Shown one piece after another: positions 8,989 through 16,697 of a stretch of DNA of 64,000 nucleotides. The stretch is taken from the NCBI GenBank assembly GCA_030827475.1, contig JAUREJ010000002.1, positions 18,027 to 82,026 of the forward strand, written 5' to 3'. The position numbers were made by a program, and so were the translations under genes. Below the pieces are notes generated by a model. That model had not been told where the DNA came from. It made no database searches and saw only the letters and a list, made by a program, of their open reading frames with translations. The stretch is from Poseidonia sp. (GTDB lineage Archaea > Thermoplasmatota > Poseidoniia > Poseidoniales > Poseidoniaceae). Numbering within the stretch: the first letter of the stretch is position 1; the number at the start of each line of letters is the position of its first letter.

Positions 8989-9486
8989 TTGGCCATGGAG
9001 GGAGAGGGTGGCGCAGTGGTGCTTCCTCTTGATGCACCGCTGCTTCCTTCTTCAGCAACCTGGAAGGAGACGTGGGACAACGTCGGTTTTCCCGCCTTCT
9101 TCGGCGCAGGTGTCGGAGCTGTGTGGCAGGTGGCGGTCCAACCTCGTCTAACCTACGACCTTCCCAACCCGGTTCAAGGAGCGTTATTGCTCATGTTGCT
9201 GCTCTCTCCTCTGTTTCATCGTTGGCTCACCGACCACGACCCTGCTCGCTGGAAAGAATACCTTGCCGGGGCATCGGTGCTCAGTGTTTTTTTTCTCGGC
9301 GTTTGGATGACGGGCTACGGGGCTTTGATTTGCGGAGGGTACGTGGCCATCGTCGTTTGGATCTGGGTCAGCACCTCGTGGTGGCGATTTCATCTCCCAC
9401 CGTTTCGCTCCGCTCTGTGGCACACCCTCGGAGTCAATGTTGGGGCCTTGGGGGGCTCATTGTTGGCGTACAACCTCTTCGGATGA
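8989..9486 (+). CDS. Hypothetical integral membrane protein (about 5 TM)
   Basis: Hydrophobic ORF filling the gap between amnB and panB; no recognised motif. Confidence 0.65.
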   Translation: MAMEGEGGAVVLPLDAPLLPSSATWKETWDNVGFPAFFGAGVGAVWQVAVQPRLTYDLPNPVQGALLLMLLLSPLFHRWLTDHDPARWKEYLAGASVLSVFFLGVWMTGYGALICGGYVAIVVWIWVSTSWWRFHLPPFRSALWHTLGVNVGALGGSLLAYNLFG

Positions 9487-10308
9487 TCACGACGTGTACG
9501 ATTCCTCGTCGCTGGGGAACGCTCCGGCGCGGACATCATCGCAGTATTGCTTGAGAGCGCCGTCAATCGATTCGGCGAGATTGAGGTAGCGCCGCAAAAA
9601 CCGAGGAGAGAAATCCATCGTGATGCCCAACAGGTCGTGCAGCACCAACACTTGGCCGTCAACGTCCGGGCCAGCACCGATACCGATGGTGGGAATGTTG
9701 AGGGCCTCGGAAACCCGCTTGGCGAGGTCACGGGGGATTTTTTCGAGCACGATGGCAAAACATCCGGCTTCTTCAAGCACCTTTGCATCGGCGATGAGTT
9801 TCTCGGCCTCTTCATCCTCCTTAGCCCGAACGGAATAGGTTCCAAATTTGTAGATGGATTGCGGCGTCAACCCCAAATGACCCATAACGGGGATGCCAGC
9901 GGTCAAAATGCGTTGAACGGACTCGACGATTTCTGCACCGCCCTCCAATTTGACGGCATGACCGCTCGATTCTTTCATGATTCGAATCGCTGACTCCAAT
10001 GCTTGGCGCGAGTTGCCCTGGTAGGTTCCAAAAGGCATGTCCACCACCAAGAGCGCCCGGTCAACAGCACGTTCCACGCACTGGGCGTGGTAGATCATGT
10101 GGTCAAGCGTCATCGGGACGGTCGTGACTTGGCCGGCCATCACGTTGGAAGCGGAATCGCCGACCAGGATGACGTCGACGCCAGCTTGGTCAACGAGTTT
10201 GGCCAACGAGTAATCATAGGCGGTGAGCATCGTGATTTTTTCACCGGCCCGCTTCATCTCCTGGAGGGTGTGCGTTGTGACCTTCCGGGCTGCGCCGTAA
10301 ACGGACAT
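9487..10308 (-). CDS. panB: 3-methyl-2-oxobutanoate hydroxymethyltransferase
   Basis: [46 protein letters not shown] motifs. ATG at 10308 with GGTGGAG upstream. Confidence 0.95.
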   Translation of the reverse strand: MSVYGAARKVTTHTLQEMKRAGEKITMLTAYDYSLAKLVDQAGVDVILVGDSASNVMAGQVTTVPMTLDHMIYHAQCVERAVDRALLVVDMPFGTYQGNSRQALESAIRIMKESSGHAVKLEGGAEIVESVQRILTAGIPVMGHLGLTPQSIYKFGTYSVRAKEDEEAEKLIADAKVLEEAGCFAIVLEKIPRDLAKRVSEALNIPTIGIGAGPDVDGQVLVLHDLLGITMDFSPRFLRRYLNLAESIDGALKQYCDDVRAGAFPSDEESYTS

Positions 10309-10350
10309 GGTTTCTCCACCGTCCATGGTGTTTTCAAATCCTCGCCCGAC

Positions 10351-11079
10351 TCAGTCGGTTTTGTCGTACAGGCCTACGAGTTGACTTTGCAGCTCGTTCA
10401 TCGCTTCTTCAGCCGTAGTGCAGGCGAGCAGTTGCTGTCGCCCTTCAAGGTCGTTCAGACAAAGGGCGGCGATGTTGTAAATCGAGGTGCGGGCCTCGCT
10501 GATCTGCTCCTCGCACAAGCGCTCAATCAAGTGGTCAAGCATGCTGCTATCGACGTTCATACCGTCCCCGGCCCGTCGTATGACCTCTGCGGCAAACCCC
10601 TCGAGAACGGTTTGGTCGGCATCGGTCAAGGCCCCCTCCTCCGGCAGGTAACGGACCTTTCCCGAAACGTACAGGCGTTGGTGCGGATGGTTTTCTGGCA
10701 CCCGCTCGAGCAAGGTGTGGACGTCGGGTGCAATGCCCCCTTCAATGAGGTCGGCAAGCGAGGGGTCGTGAAGTGGGGGAAGCGCGGGTTCAATCACCTG
10801 TTCAATGAAGAACCGACGGCCACCCTCAACGGTGATGAAGTGGTTCATGCCCCGGGTTTCATGGCGAACAATCACCGCTTCACAGCCGTGTCGCCGCGGA
10901 CCGTCCCAGCCGTTGGTGGGCTCAAACGGATCGTTGAGCACCAAACCGAAAGGGCGTTCGTCGAGGATGCAGGTGTCCAGCATTTGGCGGTAGCGAGGTT
11001 CGAAGACCCGCAACTCTTGGGTTTCTCCAGGGAAGAGGACCATGGGAAGGACAAACAACGGGAGCGTGTCTTCATCCAT
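10351..11079 (-). CDS. Stand-alone LON peptidase substrate-binding (LON N / PUA-like) domain protein
   Basis: LPLFVLPMVLFPGETQELRVFEPRYRQML..C...RPFGLV, G.RRF motifs. Start chosen at MDEDTLPLF; the ORF-track start overlaps the ALDH gene. Confidence 0.8.
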   Translation of the reverse strand: MDEDTLPLFVLPMVLFPGETQELRVFEPRYRQMLDTCILDERPFGLVLNDPFEPTNGWDGPRRHGCEAVIVRHETRGMNHFITVEGGRRFFIEQVIEPALPPLHDPSLADLIEGGIAPDVHTLLERVPENHPHQRLYVSGKVRYLPEEGALTDADQTVLEGFAAEVIRRAGDGMNVDSSMLDHLIERLCEEQISEARTSIYNIAALCLNDLEGRQQLLACTTAEEAMNELQSQLVGLYDKTD

Positions 11080-11117
11080 GCGCAAAGCAAACATCGGTGG
11101 CCTTTGAAGATGTGTTC

Positions 11118-12566
11118 TCAGGGTTGTTGAATACAGACGTTGGTCATCTCGGAGAAGAAGGCCATCGACCAGTCGCCCCCTTCCCGGCCGACGCCGGACT
11201 GCTTGACGCCACCAAACGGCGTACGCAGGTCTCGGTTCAGCCAAGTGTTTACCCAAACGATGCCCGTTTCCATCCGCTTTGCAAAAGCATGACCTCGCTC
11301 GATATCCGCAGTCCACACCGAGCCCGCCAGCCCGTATTCCGTGAGGTTCGCCATCTCCACCGCTTCGTCCTCGCTGGCGAACGTATGCAAGGTCACGACC
11401 GGGCCGAAAATCTCCTCGGTAGCCGTGCGGCAGGATGCAGGGAGGCCGGCAATCACGGTGGGGCGAAGGAAAGCACCTTCGGAGGAGACGCCGACGACAG
11501 GTGCCTGTTCGCTCAAACCTCCGGTGAGCACGGTGCCGCCTTCTTCGATACCGAGGCGAATGTAGGATTCCACCTTGGCCTTGTGGTCTTGGGAGATGAC
11601 CGTGCCCATTTGGGTCGCCTCGTCCCGGGGGTCTCCCAAGCGAAGTTCCTCCACTTTCTCCACGAATTTTGCGGCGAAGATGTCGTAAATCGTTTCATCC
11701 ACCAAAATGCGGGAGCCGCACAGACAGACCTGCCCTGAATTGGTGAAAGATGCCCGCACCAGGCTCTCCATGATGTCGTCGAGGGGCGCGTCATCAAGCA
11801 CCACCGTGGCGTTTTTGCCGCCCAATTCAAGAGAGAGTTTCTTGAACATGGGCGCAGCGGTCGCCGCAACCAAGCGTCCGGTTGCCGTTCCCCCGGTGAA
11901 CGAGATGCCGCGAATGTCGGGATGTTCGACGATGGCTTGGCCCACCTCCGGGCCGTACCCGTGAACAAGGTTGAACACGCCGGCGGGCAAGCCCAAGCCG
12001 TGAACGGTTTTGGCGAGGAAGTCCGCCGTGAGCGGGGTGAGCTCCGAGGGTTTGGCGACGATGGTGTTGCCCATCAACAAGGCCGGGGCAACTTTCCACG
12101 ACAGCAAATAGAGCGGAAGGTTCCAAGGCGTGATGAGCCCCACAACACCCACCGGTGAGCGATGGACGTGGTTCACGGCTCCGTGATCGGAAAACGTGGG
12201 GTCTTCGTGACCTTTGGCGTGGTGAGCGAAGAACCGAAAGTTAGCGACGGAGCGAGCAGCGTCCACTCGCCGAGCCAGTGAAATCGGTTTGCCGGTGTCG
12301 AGGCTTTCGAGTTGAGCGATGGTTTCCGCCTCCGCCTCCAAGGCGTCAGCAATGCGTTCCAGCCATGCGATGCGCTGCTCCATCGTCGTGCTGCCCCAAG
12401 CCGTCGCTGCTTCTTTGGCCGCCTCCGTGGCTCGTTTGACATCGATGGCCTCTGAACGGGCTACTGCGGTGATGACGGTGTTGGTCGCTGGGTTGATGGT
12501 GTCCAAGGTTTTGCCCGAAGCAGCCTCAACAAAGGCGCCGTTGATGTAGTTGCGGACAGGCTCCAT
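11118..12566 (-). CDS. amnC: 2-aminomuconate 6-semialdehyde dehydrogenase (ALDH8A1/AmnC-like)
   Basis: RSVANFRFFA, PWNLPLYLLSWK, KPSELTP, FTGGTATG, LELGGKN, GQVCLCGSR (catalytic Cys), EEIFGPV, RDLRTPFGG. These match the hydroxy/aminomuconate semialdehyde dehydrogenase subfamily. Confidence 0.85.
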   Translation of the reverse strand: MEPVRNYINGAFVEAASGKTLDTINPATNTVITAVARSEAIDVKRATEAAKEAATAWGSTTMEQRIAWLERIADALEAEAETIAQLESLDTGKPISLARRVDAARSVANFRFFAHHAKGHEDPTFSDHGAVNHVHRSPVGVVGLITPWNLPLYLLSWKVAPALLMGNTIVAKPSELTPLTADFLAKTVHGLGLPAGVFNLVHGYGPEVGQAIVEHPDIRGISFTGGTATGRLVAATAAPMFKKLSLELGGKNATVVLDDAPLDDIMESLVRASFTNSGQVCLCGSRILVDETIYDIFAAKFVEKVEELRLGDPRDEATQMGTVISQDHKAKVESYIRLGIEEGGTVLTGGLSEQAPVVGVSSEGAFLRPTVIAGLPASCRTATEEIFGPVVTLHTFASEDEAVEMANLTEYGLAGSVWTADIERGHAFAKRMETGIVWVNTWLNRDLRTPFGGVKQSGVGREGGDWSMAFFSEMTNVCIQQP

Positions 12567-13684
12567 CAGTTCACCTCTGGGTCAAAATGCCAGCGGTCTC
12601 TGTCGGGGTCCCATTCGTCCCACGTCGGCACGGTTTCCAAGATGTCAAGGTAGGCATCGGGCACGATGCCCGGCACGATGAAGGCTTTTTGCCGGTGCAA
12701 AGGGTAGGGGTTTCGCAGGTTGATGCCCAAGACTCCGAGCAGGGCTCGGGCGACGTACCATGTGGCTTGAGAGTTCCATCCGTGGGCGATCTTGACGACG
12801 ATACCCAGGCCTTTGGGGTAGTCGGGATGTTCAATGGCCATGCCGAGCAAGCCGTCCGCTCCTTCTTTGGCGATGACCCGACCTTCGCCGGCCTTGAGCA
12901 CCGTTGAATCGAGCCGGTTGAACCCTCCAACGAGGTCAGGATGGCGAACCATGGCCTCCCAAATCCAATCGTCGTCCTTGTCACGAACGAGCCCGGCATA
13001 GATTTGCGCAAGTTCGGAAACGGTGTTGGAAACGGTCGGCAAACCGCACCCGTCCTTGGCAATGCGCAACGGCTTCCAATCCTCGCCGAGGTAGGTTCGC
13101 AGTTGCTCCATGTAAGCGTGGAAGACCTCGTGGGTGGGCAGGGTGTAACCGGCGCGGTTCCAACCTTTCTTCCGACAGCCTCGGAGGATGGCGGCGTGCT
13201 CTCCCGAGCAGGTGTGGAACCAACGGCGAGGCCGCCGCACCTGTCGGCCAAACTGAATCAGCGGGACGTCGAGCGGCGTCAGCATCAAGGGCCATTCGGA
13301 TTCGTTCAAGAGCGACTGGGCGGCCGCAACGTGCTCCGTATCTCCGTTGTGCGACGCCACAGCGATGGCTTTCTGTTCCCACGAACAATCGGCGAGTTCT
13401 TCCGTGAAGGCCTTGAGCATGAAGGGCTTCATCATCGAACGACCGTAGCAGAGGACGTTACCTCCAAAGGAGTGGATCACCTCGTCACCGTGTGCCCAAG
13501 CCACGGCGCCGTGAATGGTGGTTTCCGATACGCCGTTTCGTCGGTAATCCACCAGCGGCTCCCAAGCCACTTCTCGCCCCGTGGGAATGCCCTCCACCTG
13601 CTCGCCAAGCGGTGAGGACGGATACATGGCCGAACCGGGTTTTCCGGGTTGAACGGCGGAGTAGGTGTCGTGATGGATGCCCAT
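12566..13684 (-). CDS. Class 3 (Rhizobium etli-type, asparaginase II family) asparaginase-like hydrolase, variant active site
   Basis: RSMMKPF, ASHNGD, TCSGEH (canonical NCSGKH), DGCGLP, AKEGADG (canonical AKLGADG), GIVVKI..G. TGA/ATG one-base overlap with the ALDH at 12566. SD GGGAGG upstream of the ATG at 13684. Confidence 0.85.
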   Translation of the reverse strand: MGIHHDTYSAVQPGKPGSAMYPSSPLGEQVEGIPTGREVAWEPLVDYRRNGVSETTIHGAVAWAHGDEVIHSFGGNVLCYGRSMMKPFMLKAFTEELADCSWEQKAIAVASHNGDTEHVAAAQSLLNESEWPLMLTPLDVPLIQFGRQVRRPRRWFHTCSGEHAAILRGCRKKGWNRAGYTLPTHEVFHAYMEQLRTYLGEDWKPLRIAKDGCGLPTVSNTVSELAQIYAGLVRDKDDDWIWEAMVRHPDLVGGFNRLDSTVLKAGEGRVIAKEGADGLLGMAIEHPDYPKGLGIVVKIAHGWNSQATWYVARALLGVLGINLRNPYPLHRQKAFIVPGIVPDAYLDILETVPTWDEWDPDRDRWHFDPEVN

Positions 13685-13685
13685 C

Positions 13686-14936
13686 TCACGACCTCCCCAA
13701 GAGGGCTTCAACGCGGGGAACGACGCGCTCCATGTAGGCCGTCATGTTTCGACACACGCGCTCGGAATCGTGGTTGAAGAAATCAAACCACGCCATGATG
13801 CGGTCGTCGGCGTGAAAGCGCTCAACCATCTGCCTCGCTACTTCCTCAACGTTGCCGATGAGGGCGTTGTCCGCAGCACGGTTCACTTTGTCGGGGTCGA
13901 TGGTGCCTTCAAGGGCGTTCCAGTACGCACTCAAGGCGCGCTGTGCCTCTTCCTGAGCAGCCTGAGATTGTTGCTCCGGTGTGAGCCCCGCCTCATCGTT
14001 GAGGAAAACAAAACTCGTTCGGGGCATGTCGGACCGTTTCCATTCACCGCCGTCGGCGTGGTACACTTCGGCCATGCGCTCGTGCGTGGCGTCGATGATT
14101 TCGGGCGACGTGATGGAGAGATTGAACACCTTGACGGGAAGAATGCTGTTGACGAAGGTCTGGGCCTTCGGGTCGTGCGTTCCTGCAACCAAGCCGAGCA
14201 GTTCTCTTCGGAAATGGCTTGGCACGATTTTCAGGTCTTCAAACACGTATCGTGAGGGGATGGCGATCGAGTTCGGGCGGTGTTCGAGGGCCTCGAACTC
14301 CACAGCAGCATCCTGCACGGCCAGCCAATCCTCGTCGCGTCGGAAGTTGCCCCGTGTGAGCACGGTGGACCGAATCATCTCGGAATTGATGACATCGCCC
14401 CTCAGCAAACGAAGGAAAATCTCGGCGGCTTCCATGAAAATTTGCCCTCGAAGCGCGGGCCAAGCCGCCTCTTCAACGGCGGTCCTCGGCACGACGCCAT
14501 AGGGGCGCGCCATGAACTCAAACCGGCCTGCGGAAAATCCGACGTGAAGCCGGCGATGTTCACTCGGCTCCAATCCGTGGAGGCTGAGAACGTTGGCGAT
14601 GCGTTCGGCTTGGGCGATCGGTCCACCCGATGCGAGGATGGAGATGACCGCACTGCCGATCTCGATGTTTCTCGTGCGGCGAAACGATTCCAAAGCGAGT
14701 TGGGGGAAATCCGTGCAGAGACCGACTTCACCTTTCCAATGCGGCACAACGGGTTGATGGTTGCTCTTTTGCGTCTCAGTTGAAAGGTGCGCTTGGGCGA
14801 TCCATCCCGTTTTGAACCCGAGTTGGTCTGCGCACACCAGTTGGTGGAAGTAGTTCCGTAGCATGGTGGCTTCGTCGGGAATGACCCCGTTTTCGTCAGG
14901 GGTCTGGGAAATGGAGAAGAAGATGTCATGTTCCAT
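13686..14936 (-). CDS. Luciferase-like (LLM class) flavin-dependent monooxygenase
   Basis: ADQLGFKTGWIAQAH, TRNIEIGSAV, AERIA, RLHVGFSAG..EF, and C-terminal ALIGNVEEVARQM...ERVVPRV; typical bacterial-luciferase TIM barrel. Stop lies 1 nt from the next start. Confidence 0.85.
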   Translation of the reverse strand: MEHDIFFSISQTPDENGVIPDEATMLRNYFHQLVCADQLGFKTGWIAQAHLSTETQKSNHQPVVPHWKGEVGLCTDFPQLALESFRRTRNIEIGSAVISILASGGPIAQAERIANVLSLHGLEPSEHRRLHVGFSAGRFEFMARPYGVVPRTAVEEAAWPALRGQIFMEAAEIFLRLLRGDVINSEMIRSTVLTRGNFRRDEDWLAVQDAAVEFEALEHRPNSIAIPSRYVFEDLKIVPSHFRRELLGLVAGTHDPKAQTFVNSILPVKVFNLSITSPEIIDATHERMAEVYHADGGEWKRSDMPRTSFVFLNDEAGLTPEQQSQAAQEEAQRALSAYWNALEGTIDPDKVNRAADNALIGNVEEVARQMVERFHADDRIMAWFDFFNHDSERVCRNMTAYMERVVPRVEALLGRS

Positions 14937-14989
14937 GCCCACGCACCGATTCCCGCCACGGCGCCATGGCTCATAATGGGTATGGCCCT

Positions 14990-15835
14990 TCAGGCTGAGC
15001 CTTCATCGCCGGGCGTATTTCTCAGTTCGGTCAAATCATGAATCCGCTGGCGAAGCTGCGCAGGTGCCGGAATGTCAACGGCCAGGAATTCATGTAGCGA
15101 ATCGGACAGCACGAGCATGGCGGTTTCGTAGTCCTGTTGGATTTCAGCGATATCGGCTAGACCCCAACGCGCCACGAGTTGACCCGAAAGGCTGCCGAGG
15201 TCTTGGGCTCGCTCAAGGGATTGGTTGAACAGGTCTTGAGCGGCACCAAACTCCCCGATGGTCGCTTGACAGTGAGCCAGGTCGGCGATGGCTTCCATCT
15301 GCCCTTCTTCGTCCTTGAGTTTGGTCAGCAATTCAAGCCGTTCGGTCCCGATGGCGATGGCGGTGTCCTCGTCGTGCTGCCGTTTTGCGATGCTCATCAA
15401 CAAGGCCATTCCGTACGCCATGCCCTGAAAGTCTTCGACCGCCGTCCGCAAACGCAGGGCGCGCTGAGCCGTAGCCCTCGCTTCGTCGAGGTGACCTTCG
15501 GACATTTGGACCAGGGCGACGTAGTGTTGAACGGCAGCGGTGAGCGATTGTACTCCCTCCATGCCCTCGGTTTCTTCGGCGAGCGCCAGAAAACTATCCA
15601 CCTTGGCGTTCATCCGTTTCAAACCTTCAAACCGGGCCCAACCTCGCTCCTCATCGTTCGTTGCCACCGAGGTTGCGTGGTCAAGCAGGCGTTCAACCAA
15701 CTCGGCTTCGCCGACGTCCTCTGCAAGGGGCATCAACCGGAGGGCCAGGGAGGTGTTGATGTGGTCCATGGATCCACCGGAGGTCAACACCTCGAGGATT
15801 TGGCGAGCCCGTTCGGGCGAAACTTCACCGTTCAT
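14990..15835 (-). CDS. TPR-like alpha-helical repeat protein
   Basis: Repeated helix pairs (A..HY..LV....GHLDEA...AQRAL; ADLAHCQA..GEFGAAQDLFNQSLE; WGLADIAE.QQDYETA). SD GAGGTGA; 9 nt downstream of the SDR stop. Confidence 0.75.
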   Translation of the reverse strand: MNGEVSPERARQILEVLTSGGSMDHINTSLALRLMPLAEDVGEAELVERLLDHATSVATNDEERGWARFEGLKRMNAKVDSFLALAEETEGMEGVQSLTAAVQHYVALVQMSEGHLDEARATAQRALRLRTAVEDFQGMAYGMALLMSIAKRQHDEDTAIAIGTERLELLTKLKDEEGQMEAIADLAHCQATIGEFGAAQDLFNQSLERAQDLGSLSGQLVARWGLADIAEIQQDYETAMLVLSDSLHEFLAVDIPAPAQLRQRIHDLTELRNTPGDEGSA

Positions 15836-15844
15836 GCGTTCACC

Positions 15845-16660
15845 TCAAATCGAGCGTAGTCGGCCGCCGTCAACGGCGAGGCTCACGCCACGTATACCGC
15901 CAGAGGCGGGCAGGCATAGGAAAGTGATGGCGCTGGCGGTTTCGAGCGGGTCAATGAGACGACCGATGGGGACTTGGTCCAGCCAACCTTTGCGAACATC
16001 GGTTGCGGATTTCCCCGTTCGCTCTTGGATCGATGCGGAAAGGTTGCCCAAGCGTTCGGTATCGGTAAAGCCCGGCAAGACGTTGTTGATCGTCACGCAG
16101 GGCGGCAATTCGTTGGACAAGGATTTCGCCCAGGACGCCATGGCTCCTCGCAACGTGTTGGAAAGGCCGATGTTCGGTATGGGCTCTTTCACGGAGGTCG
16201 AAATGATTTGGACGATGCGTCCGTATCCTTCGGCTTCCATACCGGGAACTGCGGCCTTCACGAGGGTGTGAGCGGCGTGGAGGTGGCGCTTGAAAGGGGC
16301 CTCAAAGTCGTTGACCTCGTTGCCCAAGAGCGGTCCACCCGGAGGGCCACCTGCGTTGTTGATGAGCACGTGAACCGGTCCGAGAACTTCCGTGGCCGAG
16401 GCAAAGGCGGGTGCGATGCTTTCGGTGTCTTCCAAATCGAGCATCAGGGCTTGATGCGTCCCGTCACCGAGGGTGGAGAGCGTTGCGCACAGTTCGGTAA
16501 GGGCCGCCCCGTTTCGTGCGCAAACGGTGACGTTGGCGCCCGCTTTTGCCAACATTTTGGCCGTCGCTTCACCGATGCCCTTGCTCGCACCGCAGACGAA
16601 GGCGTGTTTGCCTTTGAGCGCTGACGAAGCGTAGGGGAAGTCGTTGCCGAGCAGGTCCAT
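15845..16660 (-). CDS. Atypical SDR oxidoreductase (BKR-like subgroup; the type I recall adjacent to kynurenine-pathway genes)
   Basis: VCGASKGIG Rossmann motif, LINNAGGPPGG, ISTSVKEPI, SNTLR in place of YxxxK, NNVLPG.T.T.RL, DGG. Confidence 0.9.
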   Translation of the reverse strand: MDLLGNDFPYASSALKGKHAFVCGASKGIGEATAKMLAKAGANVTVCARNGAALTELCATLSTLGDGTHQALMLDLEDTESIAPAFASATEVLGPVHVLINNAGGPPGGPLLGNEVNDFEAPFKRHLHAAHTLVKAAVPGMEAEGYGRIVQIISTSVKEPIPNIGLSNTLRGAMASWAKSLSNELPPCVTINNVLPGFTDTERLGNLSASIQERTGKSATDVRKGWLDQVPIGRLIDPLETASAITFLCLPASGGIRGVSLAVDGGRLRSI

Positions 16661-16697
16661 GGTGACGGGATGGCTCCGTAGGTCATAGGCCTTGGCC

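Noticed and set aside
10003-11130. 375-aa plus-strand ORF
   Set aside because: Antisense shadow of panB and the LON-N gene; no motifs, typical of GC-rich coding DNA.
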